DNA from: a virus
Taxonomy: Duplodnaviria; Caudoviricetes
Reading direction: 5' to 3' (one strand)
Virus record (IMG/VR): IMGVR_UViG_3300037478_000826
Coordinates: 1 to 59,645 of that record
Length of the DNA stretch: 59,645 bases
Position 1 is the stretch's first letter; each line of letters starts with the position of its first letter. The notes below the pieces were generated by a model. That model made no database searches, was not told where the DNA came from, and saw only the letters and a list, made by a program, of their open reading frames with translations. Positions 19,798-28,647 of this stretch are shown one piece after another. Made by a program: the position numbers and the translations under genes.

Positions 19798-20351
19798 GTT
19801 TCTTTCAGTTCGGGTAGGTACTCAGCGAGCGCGCCCACGAGCTCGACGGGGCCGAAGGGCTTCTGGAGCCACGCGTCCGCGCCACTCTGCTGCATGGCCT
19901 CGTCCCGGATCGTCGGGTCGCCGCTAATGAGCACGATCGGCATCGTGGGCCACGAGCGCCGCATCTCGACGGCGAGGTCGATGCCGGCGCGGCCGAGGCC
20001 ACCCGGCCCCGGCAGCCACACGTCGACGACGGCGGCGTCGTACGTCTGCGCGCGGCACCACGCCAGCGCATCCTTGGCGCTTCCGACGCCGTGCACGTCG
20101 ACGCCGACGCGGGACAGCGACACCGCCATCGCGGTCAACGTTGCAGCCTCGTCGTCGACCAGAATCAACAACAGGCGACGCGGCCGCGGCGCCAGCTTGG
20201 AGCGCAGCGCCTCCAGCTTGACGGCGCACTCGTCGAACTGACGGTGCACCTCGCGCGCCATCGCGTCACCGGGCTGCGTCAGCGCCTGCACCTGCCCCGT
20301 GACGTCGGCGTCGGCGGACTCGTACAGATCAGCGAGGTCTATGGCCGGCAT
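19794..20351 (-). CDS. Stand-alone response regulator receiver (CheY-like) protein with N-terminal helical extension
   Basis: LILVDDE, VVDVWLP (phospho-Asp), IVLISG, GADAWLQKPF. Confidence 0.9.
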   Translation of the reverse strand: MPAIDLADLYESADADVTGQVQALTQPGDAMAREVHRQFDECAVKLEALRSKLAPRPRRLLLILVDDEAATLTAMAVSLSRVGVDVHGVGSAKDALAWCRAQTYDAAVVDVWLPGPGGLGRAGIDLAVEMRRSWPTMPIVLISGDPTIRDEAMQQSGADAWLQKPFGPVELVGALAEYLPELKET

Positions 20352-20697
20352 CGGCGCCCTCCTTCTTCAGCGCGGCATCGGCGCCTTTCTTCAGCGCCGT
20401 GTCGAGCGTCTCGGTCAACGCCGACGTCACCGCGAGGTTCTTCTCGTGGATCGCATAGACGTCGCGCTTGCTCTGCGCGCCCTCTTTGATGCGCGCCTCG
20501 ATGTGGTGCTCGCGAAGGGCGCGCTCCTCACGCAGCAAGCCGTTCATCTCGCGCCACATGGCGTCATAGCGGGCGCGCTCAGCCTCGCGCTCGACGTGTT
20601 CGGCGGTGCGGTTCTTGTACCGCACCCGCAGCGCCACGCCGGCGGTCGCGACGACGCCGCCCAGGATTGACAGGATGACTTGCGTCCACTCGTTCAT
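20329..20697 (-). CDS. Single-TM coiled-coil protein (holin/antiholin-like)
   Basis: N-terminal TM VILSILGGVVATAGVAL then charged coiled coil. Confidence 0.65.
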   Translation of the reverse strand: MNEWTQVILSILGGVVATAGVALRVRYKNRTAEHVEREAERARYDAMWREMNGLLREERALREHHIEARIKEGAQSKRDVYAIHEKNLAVTSALTETLDTALKKGADAALKKEGADAGHRPR

Positions 20698-20707
20698 GTT
20701 GGTTGGC

Positions 20708-21007
20708 TCATCGGTCGCGCTCCCATTCGTCCACCGTGGTGGCGTCATCCAGCACCTGGCGCTCGCGTGTCGTGAGGCGCGCGCGGTCGGGGTTGGGCAA
20801 CACGTCGACCGCCCATTCGGTGCGGGTCTCGTGCCGGCGCGGCGTGCTCCAATCGCGAGTCCAGCCAGGCGATTGTGGGTCATCCGTCATGGGCACGTGA
20901 GGCCCCTTGCCGCGGTGAATGCCGGGCACCGGTAGGCCGAGTGCCTTGGCGCACACACTCACGTATTCGGTGGCGTCGGGCTCGGCTGTGAAAACGGCGA
21001 ACGTCAT
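20708..21007 (-). CDS. Small tail-fibre-associated protein
   Basis: Coupled downstream of the fibre gene. Confidence 0.5.
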   Translation of the reverse strand: MTFAVFTAEPDATEYVSVCAKALGLPVPGIHRGKGPHVPMTDDPQSPGWTRDWSTPRRHETRTEWAVDVLPNPDRARLTTRERQVLDDATTVDEWERDR

Positions 21008-22263
21008 AGCGCGTACCTCGACATCAAGTAAGACTCTACTTGCGCAAGCTCGTTCGCAGCCAGCACACGGTCATAGACGATCAACTCGGCTAGCTCGGTC
21101 GTGGGTGTTTGCACACCTGGTGTGGACCACGATCCAACATGCGTGACGACGGACCCGTTGAGGTTGAACGTCGCATCATAATCGGCGTCGGTGCCAAGAC
21201 TGACCCCGTTGCGCCTCATCGCGAGCTTGCCAGCGGTGGCGTTCAGCTGCCACGTGAGGCACTGCTCGCCCAATGTAGATGTGCCCACAGTTCTGTGGCT
21301 TGAGCCATCGAAGATACCTGGCCCGGCTGAACCATCATAGAGCTTGATTCCCACGGCTGCGGCCGACCCTGCACCCATCAGGTACTGATTGTTCGCCGCT
21401 AGCAACACGCGCTGATCCAGCACAGCGCAAACGGTGTAGTTGTTGGCTGCACTCTGCGTGAATCCCACACGAGAGAGGTATTCGGAATTGCGCGCGATGA
21501 GCAGCACCGACGGCTGCCCGTTCGCCATCGTCGTCATGCTGCCTTGGTCCAGCACGGTCGCTTGCGCGAAGTCGTTGGCATTGCCCGACTGGTCAGCCCA
21601 TGCTGACACGCCGCTATCAGGCTGGCTCACCTGTGCATCGTAAAGCCAGATAGAGCGGGGCGTTACAACCGTGTAGATCGTGACATCGTTTGTGCGTGCT
21701 AGGCCAAAGTAAACAGGGCTAGGAGTGGCGGCATACCTGTGTTCATACGTGAGTGTGCAAAGGTAGAAACCATCGCCGTCGAGTGCCATCGATGTACTGA
21801 TGACGCACCCCGCACTTTCCGCAATTTGCGTAATGGCCCCGACGGTGCCAGTCAGCAGGTTGTAGAATACACGGACCGTCGATTGCGACGTCAAAATATA
21901 GAGGAAATTGAGATCCTCTAGAGGGTCGCGCTTCGCACGCACGCTAATGGTTGTTAGACCCGTGCGCCAATTGGCTGGTGTTTGGCTTACCTCATAGCTC
22001 TGCGTCGTTTGAGTGGTCTCAAGGATTCGATCCGCCGTTGCAACGCCACTGAGAATGTCATTAGCGACAACGGTTGTGCGTGTTTTGGTCCAGGCAGCAT
22101 TGTCGAACGAGCTAGGCGCTGTGAGTGATGCAAGCGCGCCCGACATCATGATGCCCAGGTCGGCGCGCAGCCACAGGACGGCGCCGTCGAGGTTGGTGGG
22201 CAGGAACGGCGCCCGCACCCTGCTCCGTCGCTGGATGATCCGCAGTGCCTCTATGGTGCTCAT
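21004..22263 (-). CDS. LamG/concanavalin-like receptor-binding tail protein
   Basis: LWLRADLG..VSAWADQSGN..ELIVYDRVL..VESYLMSRY; lower GC. Confidence 0.75.
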   Translation of the reverse strand: MSTIEALRIIQRRSRVRAPFLPTNLDGAVLWLRADLGIMMSGALASLTAPSSFDNAAWTKTRTTVVANDILSGVATADRILETTQTTQSYEVSQTPANWRTGLTTISVRAKRDPLEDLNFLYILTSQSTVRVFYNLLTGTVGAITQIAESAGCVISTSMALDGDGFYLCTLTYEHRYAATPSPVYFGLARTNDVTIYTVVTPRSIWLYDAQVSQPDSGVSAWADQSGNANDFAQATVLDQGSMTTMANGQPSVLLIARNSEYLSRVGFTQSAANNYTVCAVLDQRVLLAANNQYLMGAGSAAAVGIKLYDGSAGPGIFDGSSHRTVGTSTLGEQCLTWQLNATAGKLAMRRNGVSLGTDADYDATFNLNGSVVTHVGSWSTPGVQTPTTELAELIVYDRVLAANELAQVESYLMSRYAL

Positions 22264-23414
22264 GACATCAACGGCGACAGCCGCCTAAGGTCTGCGCCTT
22301 GCTCTGTGCCGCCGCTCCCGCCGAGGACGTAGGCGTGCGCGACGCTCGCGAGCGCGGCTTCAGACGCAGCCTCTGCGCGACCGTTGCCCGTTGTGCACCC
22401 CAGCACCTCAAGCGCGATTCGGTTGGCGGTGTATTCGTAGTAGAGCATCAGCTCCTGGTGGCGCGAGAACGTCACCGCGGAACCGTTGACGCTCCCGGCC
22501 GGGTAGTCGAACTGGAACCGCCCAAACGCCTGGGAGTAGTAGATGTTTGCGATGTTGGCGAACGCACCGTCCGTGATGGCGATGAGGTTGTGATTGGCCT
22601 CAACCTCAGCGCTGCTGTAGTGAGGGCGGAAACGGATGATGCCCGCCATCCGGCCACGAGGCACGATGGCGGCGACGTCGGCTTCTAGCTGGCTTGCCGC
22701 CCGCGTAAACGTCGCATTGTCGGCGCCGATGAATGACGTGGGATAGGCGCGCTCTTCGAGTTGCATGCCCCAATAGCGCGCCGAGCCAACCTCTGCTGCC
22801 GCATTGCGTGGCGAAGCCCGCATCTCCAAAGACCCAGCGCCGGCACCTGGGTCGACCAGGCCCGACGCCGCGCGTGCAACCCAATCGGCGTTGGCGTTGC
22901 TGTCAATAAACTGAAGCGAAATCGCGGCGTCAAGAACTATCCTAAGGTACGCTATGCCCGCGCCACCTAGGTGCTGCATCCACCCAGAAAGAGAAAGCGT
23001 ACGCGGATTCGGATCTACGTCGAACGCAAGCAAGCGCTTGTATTCTACGCCCGCGGCATTATCGTCTTCGATTTCGCACTGCTCCGACGTGCCAGAGGGT
23101 GTAGTTGCGGCGCTCAAAACAGGAGTGTTGACACTTGCCCAAGCCGTCAGGTCCTGCTCGTCAATCAAGTTGGTCGCGGCAGGCTCAATCAACAGGCCCC
23201 ACGTGACGCCATCACGCGAGAATGCGCGCGGCGCGTCGGCCGCGAACCCCGTGCGGACCGTTGCGGGCCCAGTTTGCGCCGACGTCTCGGCTGTGGCGCA
23301 CTCGTACGAGAGCCACGACGGCAGCGGCAGCGTGCCGGCGGCGGTCGGCACGAGCTGGCGCGCGTCGAACGACCTGTACTTGCGGCCACCAAGCCGCATG
23401 CCGAGGCTCAGCAT
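22260..23414 (-). CDS. Tail fibre / carbohydrate-binding virion protein
   Basis: GLLIEPAATNL..WGMQLEE..YPTSFI..TRAA motif of phage fibre lectin modules. Confidence 0.7.
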   Translation of the reverse strand: MLSLGMRLGGRKYRSFDARQLVPTAAGTLPLPSWLSYECATAETSAQTGPATVRTGFAADAPRAFSRDGVTWGLLIEPAATNLIDEQDLTAWASVNTPVLSAATTPSGTSEQCEIEDDNAAGVEYKRLLAFDVDPNPRTLSLSGWMQHLGGAGIAYLRIVLDAAISLQFIDSNANADWVARAASGLVDPGAGAGSLEMRASPRNAAAEVGSARYWGMQLEERAYPTSFIGADNATFTRAASQLEADVAAIVPRGRMAGIIRFRPHYSSAEVEANHNLIAITDGAFANIANIYYSQAFGRFQFDYPAGSVNGSAVTFSRHQELMLYYEYTANRIALEVLGCTTGNGRAEAASEAALASVAHAYVLGGSGGTEQGADLRRLSPLMS

Positions 23415-23433
23415 CTCACTTGCTGCTGCCGCA

Positions 23434-23955
23434 TCACAGCCACTTGCTGAGCCGGACCAGGCCCTCGATGGTGGTGTCGTTGTCGGTTTCGGGCGTCAGC
23501 GACAGATGGATCGAGGCTCCGTCGGTCGACCAGTCCACCTCGATGCCTGGGATGTTGACATGCTCGACGACGCGGTCGCTCGCGACGATCGCGGTGACGA
23601 ACCCGGCGGTTCGAATGTACGTGCCCGTTACGTGGAAGACGCCCGCGGTCGTCAGATACTGGGTCTTGACGAGCGCCGAGATCGTATAGACGCCGTCGGC
23701 GACGGGCAGGTAGCTGTAGACGACGGTTGCGGGTTCGGCGGCGGCGACCGTCTGCTCGTCGATCACGTCGCTCTCGCCCTCGGGGATGAGGGCGATGTTG
23801 CTGAAGTCGAGCTTCAGGCGCTTGTTGGCCGCGTCCTCGATGACGAGTGGCCCATTGACGAACAGCCACGTCCGCCAGCGCGCGCGCTGCGCGATGGCGC
23901 CCACAGCGTCGGCGACCTGCACCAGCGTGCCGACCAGATCATCCAGGTACGACAT
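23434..23955 (-). CDS. Virion structural protein (tail/baseplate associated)
   Basis: Position and beta-rich composition. Confidence 0.6.
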   Translation of the reverse strand: MSYLDDLVGTLVQVADAVGAIAQRARWRTWLFVNGPLVIEDAANKRLKLDFSNIALIPEGESDVIDEQTVAAAEPATVVYSYLPVADGVYTISALVKTQYLTTAGVFHVTGTYIRTAGFVTAIVASDRVVEHVNIPGIEVDWSTDGASIHLSLTPETDNDTTIEGLVRLSKWL

Positions 23956-23958
23956 GGC

Positions 23959-24561
23959 TCAGGGGGTCGGCGAGAGCGTGTACGTGAAACCGTAGATGCG
24001 GTGGTTGGCGACGGCGCTGTCGTCTTGCTCGAACCGCACGACGAGCCGCGACGTCTCAACCATGTCGAACGGCGACGCCAACGTCAGCGTGAAGGAGTGT
24101 CGGATGTCGTACGCGCCCGCGTTGGCGGCTGGATCGACGACGCTGTCGATGAGGGCGATCGAGCCAGACAAGATCGGCACCTCGAAGACGGCAATGATCT
24201 GGTTCTGGCCGAGCGCGGCGAATGAGCCAGCGGGCGGGTGGTGGTTGAGCGTGATCGCTTCGAGTCGCGCGCCGCGGTGGAAGGGCAGATCGATGTTGGG
24301 CGACCCCGGCGTCGTGCCGGTGTTGAGCGCGGCCTTGGTGGCGTCCTCGAAGGTGTATTGGGCCGATTGCTCACGCCAGCCCAGCAGCGAGCCCGGATAC
24401 ACGACCGACCCAGCGGGCAGGACGCGGTTCCGCAGGTACAGCGCCCGGTTGGCGAGGTCCTGCAAGCCAACCTCCATGCTGGCAGCGTTGCGGGTGTCGC
24501 CGTCCACGGGGCAGACGACGTTCGTCTCCCAAACGTCTGCGTCGGTCAGGTTCTTAGGCAT
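23959..24561 (-). CDS. Tail fibre-proximal protein
   Basis: LQDLANRALYLRN motif typical of fibre N-termini. Confidence 0.65.
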   Translation of the reverse strand: MPKNLTDADVWETNVVCPVDGDTRNAASMEVGLQDLANRALYLRNRVLPAGSVVYPGSLLGWREQSAQYTFEDATKAALNTGTTPGSPNIDLPFHRGARLEAITLNHHPPAGSFAALGQNQIIAVFEVPILSGSIALIDSVVDPAANAGAYDIRHSFTLTLASPFDMVETSRLVVRFEQDDSAVANHRIYGFTYTLSPTP

Positions 24562-25339
24562 TGATCTTTCCTCCCCACACGTCGGGTTTGCCGACGACCG
24601 TGGGATGTGGGTCGCCCCACGTTCCGTCGCTGTCCCAGAGGCGTCCGAGCGGCAGACGACTCACGTCCCCGCCCCACTCGTCGCTGCCCCACACGCCGGG
24701 CGTCCCCCACACGTCGTCGCCCCAATCGATGATGAGGTCGACGCCGAGCTCCCAGCCGGCCTTCGTCTTGGTCAGGAAGCGCCGCAGCGCGCTCACGACT
24801 GCCGGCGTAGTACCGATCCCCCACACGCCGTCGTTGCCCCACGTGCCGTCGTTGCCCCACAGCTCACGCGTCCACGGTAGCGGCTCGGTCAGGATGACCC
24901 AGAACAGCGACCAGTTGTCTGGGTTGGCACCGTCCCAGCCATCGTCGGGCTCGTAGTGGGTCGCGACGCTGGCGGGGTTGACGTCGAAGGGCTCGAGTGC
25001 GTTCTGGGCGAAGTTGTTCTCGTCGGCGTCGCTGGTGTCGCCGCGCTGCCCGCCCTGCCCCCACAGCGTCCACGCGTCGAGCAACCGCGCACGGTACTGC
25101 GGGTTGGTCTCGGCTGGCGCCCGATCCATGTTGCGCTCCGCACCGACCAGCGGCAGCGCATCGTCGGGCGAGTCCTCGGTCCGGAGCCACGGCGCCTTGA
25201 GGGCGAGCCGGTGCGCCTCGAGCGTGAGGTCGGCGCCGAGCGCCAGAACACCGAGCAGCCGTTCGCCATAGTGGGCGCTGAGGTGCTGAGCGGTCCGGGC
25301 AAGGTCGCGGATCGCGCGCCTGAACGTGTAGCCCGCCAT
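24554..25339 (-). CDS. Baseplate wedge protein (P2 gpI-like) with WGxDG repeats
   Basis: ALPLVGAER..ETNPQYRARLLDAW; follows baseplate J. Confidence 0.7.
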   Translation of the reverse strand: MAGYTFRRAIRDLARTAQHLSAHYGERLLGVLALGADLTLEAHRLALKAPWLRTEDSPDDALPLVGAERNMDRAPAETNPQYRARLLDAWTLWGQGGQRGDTSDADENNFAQNALEPFDVNPASVATHYEPDDGWDGANPDNWSLFWVILTEPLPWTRELWGNDGTWGNDGVWGIGTTPAVVSALRRFLTKTKAGWELGVDLIIDWGDDVWGTPGVWGSDEWGGDVSRLPLGRLWDSDGTWGDPHPTVVGKPDVWGGKINA

Positions 25340-25340
25340 C

Positions 25341-26546
25341 TCAGATCGCGACGTACGTGAAGGCGATCGACGGGACGATCACGCTGAAGGTGGACACGAC
25401 AACGTCGGCAGAAGGGGATGGCGCGCCGATGTTTTCGACGCCCTCGACGGCCGTCACGGCGCCGCGCCATTCGCTGGCGAGCAGGTACCCGGTGGTGCCG
25501 TCACCATCGGGTGGCGGCAACACGCGGCCGCCGATCCCGAGCGCGTTCACGTAGGCGAGCAGCGCGTCTTCGATCTCGGTCTGCTTCGACGTCTTGATGA
25601 CGCCCGCCTCGAAGTGCGCGGCCGCCACATAGATGTTGCCCGCGAACGCTTGCGCTTGCGCGGGAGCCGGAAACACCGAGGGGCTGGGCGTGCCGGCGTG
25701 CTTCTTCCGGATGTTGGTCTGCGCCAACTCGGCGTCGGTGCCGAGGGTCGATGCCGGTCCCGTCGACACGCCGGCGGCGCCCGCGATGTAGATGTGGACG
25801 GTGCCGGGTCCGGCGGGGTTCGAGTCGTCCACCTTGACGCGCGCGACCGCTGGGGCGCCCTCCCGCGCGTAGAAGGCGAATCCATCAGCGGGTGTCGCCC
25901 AGCTGAGCGATCCCCACTTCTGCGTGTTGCGTGCCCGCAGCGCCGGATCGCCCTCTTGATCGCCACCAACCGTGAGGAGGGAGGTACCGTCGCCCGCGTC
26001 GATGTTGATGCCGGTGACGCCAGCCAGCGAGGTCACGAGTTTCGTGATGGCGCCGATCGCCACGTTTCCGCCTGCGCCCGCCACCTGTGCCTCGACGACG
26101 AGGTCGAGTGTCGATCCCGAGTTGAGGGTGAGGGGGTAGCCCTCGCCGGCGTCGACGTTCGTGAACAGGAGACCGTCGCCGGTCGTCGTCTCCTGGCACG
26201 TGACGGCGCCGACCTCGATCGAATATGGGCCGGCAGTCGCGGCCGCGGTGAGGCGATAGCGGTGGCGCGCCCGGATCGCCTCGGTCCGCTGATTGTCGTA
26301 GTGGCTGTCGGCGAACTCCGTCAGCGCGGTGGTGGTCGCCAGCGCATTGAATCCGATCTCGGCGATCCGCGCGCTGGCGGACGACATGTTGGCGTAGAGG
26401 TCGGTGAAGAGCTGCAGCAGCGTGAGCTGCCAGCTGCCGCTCTGCCAGCTCTTGGCGTTGAAGCCGAGATCGGACAGCTCGTTGACCGCCCACGCGCTTG
26501 CGTCGGCCTTCGTCGTGACGGTCCGTAGTTGCTCGAGCGTTTGCAT
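25341..26546 (-). CDS. Baseplate J-like protein
   Basis: VEAQVAGAGGNV..GGDQEGDPALRAR..GPGTVHIYI. Confidence 0.88.
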   Translation of the reverse strand: MQTLEQLRTVTTKADASAWAVNELSDLGFNAKSWQSGSWQLTLLQLFTDLYANMSSASARIAEIGFNALATTTALTEFADSHYDNQRTEAIRARHRYRLTAAATAGPYSIEVGAVTCQETTTGDGLLFTNVDAGEGYPLTLNSGSTLDLVVEAQVAGAGGNVAIGAITKLVTSLAGVTGINIDAGDGTSLLTVGGDQEGDPALRARNTQKWGSLSWATPADGFAFYAREGAPAVARVKVDDSNPAGPGTVHIYIAGAAGVSTGPASTLGTDAELAQTNIRKKHAGTPSPSVFPAPAQAQAFAGNIYVAAAHFEAGVIKTSKQTEIEDALLAYVNALGIGGRVLPPPDGDGTTGYLLASEWRGAVTAVEGVENIGAPSPSADVVVSTFSVIVPSIAFTYVAI

Positions 26547-26932
26547 CAGTCGAAGATCTCAACCGTGGTTTCGGACACGAGCAGCGTGCGCTCGAAAGGG
26601 CCCTCGTCATCGGTGATGAGCATGGTGAGTTTGAGTTTCTCGGCGCCGTGCGCGAGCCGAACGCGTGTCACGGTCACGGAGGCAGAGAAGACTCGCTCGT
26701 CCTGTTCGATCTGCTCCTGCGCCTGAGTCGCGATGACGTTGCTGGGGACCGATGTCCCGACATATTGGCGCAGGTCGCGACCGTAGGTCTTGTCGTACCA
26801 GAGCGATGACGTGCTGAATCGCCGCGCGATGGCGTGCAGGAGCGCGAGCCGACCACCGATCGCGGTCAGGTTCGGATCGGCGTCGTTGTAGCCGGCGAAG
26901 TCTTCGCCGAGGTCGTCGCCGATGTTGCTCAT
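26546..26932 (-). CDS. Baseplate gp25/gpW-like protein
   Basis: LWYDKTYGRDL..QDERV. Confidence 0.7.
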   Translation of the reverse strand: MSNIGDDLGEDFAGYNDADPNLTAIGGRLALLHAIARRFSTSSLWYDKTYGRDLRQYVGTSVPSNVIATQAQEQIEQDERVFSASVTVTRVRLAHGAEKLKLTMLITDDEGPFERTLLVSETTVEIFD

Positions 26933-28050
26933 ACGCGGACGTCCGACTCGGTCCCGGGCAGTCCCGTGTACGTGATGGGGCCGACAGAAGCGCCGACCGA
27001 AACCGTGTCACCAAACCGAACGGCGGCAGCGGCGGCGGTGCCGAGGTCGACGTCCGGCGCCGCCATGGTGATCTTCGTCGCCGCCGTCAGCGTGATGGTG
27101 TCGAGCGATCCGGGCTCGAACGCGAACGCGAAGGGCCGCGACTGATCGCCTGCGTCGAATGCGAGACGACATCGAGCGCCCGCCAGCACGGTCGCGGTCA
27201 TGCCCGGCACGCCGTACCGGATCGGCACGCGGCTCAGGCCTGGACCGCCGCGCCCGCCCACGACCGCGTCGTCGGGCTGGAGCTCGAGCGTGCCGTCGGC
27301 ATTCTGACCCACGACCGTGCTGGGGTAGCTGTAGCTGTGGTCGATCTGCCGCTTCGTGAACGCACCGACGATGCCGCCAAGGACGCGGTGGAGTCGATCC
27401 TCTTCGAAGTAGAGGTGCTGTCGCAGCCCGCCGGCGGCGACGCGCGTGATCGTGCTGGTGACGCGCCGTCCCTCGAACGTGACGCCCGGCCGGAGCGTCG
27501 CCGCCGTGGGCCCGATCAGCATGCTGTTGGTGGTCGGGGCGAAGTCGATGCGGGTGTGGTCGACCGCGAGATCCGGGAACGTGTCGGCGACGAGAAGCAC
27601 GGTGCCGTCGCGCTGGATCCGCCACGTCTTGCCGACGGCATCCGCTACACCGTCGAGCGCCCGCGCCGCCTTGCCCTCGATGCGCAGCCAGCTCGGTCTG
27701 ATCTCGCTCGCCAGCGTCGCGCTGTCGGCGCCGATCTGCTCACCCGTGGCGGCGAGGATGTGCTCGAGTACGAGACCGAGCGCGACGCCCTGATAGGCGC
27801 GAGCCGGCAGAACCGTCCCCATCGCGCCCGCGCCGCCCAGGATCCGCGCCTTCGACCGACCAGACTCGACAGCGGATCGCCCCGGCGTTGCTGTGCCGAC
27901 GAACACGACGTCGCTGCCCAGATCGATCTCGACCGAGCCGACGAGCGGCGACGAGTCGTCGACCGCGACCTCGGCCAGCCACACGCCCCGCAGCGATTCG
28001 TGGATGGCTGCCTCCAGGATGGTGTGCCCGTTGGCGGTGGCGAGCGGCAT
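26929..28050 (-). CDS. Baseplate hub / spike protein
   Basis: WRIQRDG hub-like part plus OB-fold-like TVVGQNADGTLEL..LAFDAGDQSRP. Confidence 0.7.
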   Translation of the reverse strand: MPLATANGHTILEAAIHESLRGVWLAEVAVDDSSPLVGSVEIDLGSDVVFVGTATPGRSAVESGRSKARILGGAGAMGTVLPARAYQGVALGLVLEHILAATGEQIGADSATLASEIRPSWLRIEGKAARALDGVADAVGKTWRIQRDGTVLLVADTFPDLAVDHTRIDFAPTTNSMLIGPTAATLRPGVTFEGRRVTSTITRVAAGGLRQHLYFEEDRLHRVLGGIVGAFTKRQIDHSYSYPSTVVGQNADGTLELQPDDAVVGGRGGPGLSRVPIRYGVPGMTATVLAGARCRLAFDAGDQSRPFAFAFEPGSLDTITLTAATKITMAAPDVDLGTAAAAAVRFGDTVSVGASVGPITYTGLPGTESDVRV

Positions 28051-28053
28051 ACG

Positions 28054-28647
28054 TCAGACGCTGGCGTCGGTGTTGGCGTCCGACCCCGCGATGTCGAGCG
28101 CGTTCTCGACAGTGTTTTTGAGCGAGGTGCCGACGTTCCCCAGGCCCGTCAGGATCGCGTTGAGTTCGGCCAGCGGGTCTGCCCCACCCTTGGCGCCGTT
28201 GCCCTTGGTGCCCGCACCCTTTTTTTGAACCTTCGGCGCCGGCACCCACTCGATCGACTTGAGCGAGACCCGCAGCGTCTTCTGCTTCTTGTCGTGGACC
28301 GGAATGGGGATCTGTTTGATGTAGATGTTTGCGATGCCGAGCAGCTTCGCCATCGGGTGGTAGATCTCGAGCGGTGTCTTCGGCCCGCCTTGCCGGCGCG
28401 GGTGGATGTCGGGCAAGAGCCGCTCGAACTCGTCGATCTGCTCCTGCTCCCACATGAAGCCGTCGAGGTCGAGTAGCGCCAGCTCGTCGCCCTCGTCCGT
28501 TAGGGATGCGCCGGCTGCCCCTTTCGGGCTCTTGACGTCGAGCTTGCGCGATACGCCGCTCCCGCTGATGGTCCACACGCCAGGAAACTGGACGCCGCCG
28601 AGCCACAAGACGTCCCACTGGTCGCTGCTGAGATCCGGCAGTCCCAT
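28054..28647 (-). CDS. Tail tube initiator-like protein
   Basis: Follows tape measure; LDVKSPKGAAGA. Confidence 0.6.
   Translation of the reverse strand: MGLPDLSSDQWDVLWLGGVQFPGVWTISGSGVSRKLDVKSPKGAAGASLTDEGDELALLDLDGFMWEQEQIDEFERLLPDIHPRRQGGPKTPLEIYHPMAKLLGIANIYIKQIPIPVHDKKQKTLRVSLKSIEWVPAPKVQKKGAGTKGNGAKGGADPLAELNAILTGLGNVGTSLKNTVENALDIAGSDANTDASV

Noticed and set aside
24600-24870. CRISPR-like or tandem DNA repeat
   Set aside because: Repeats encode WGxDG peptide units of the baseplate protein; no constant repeat-spacer pattern.
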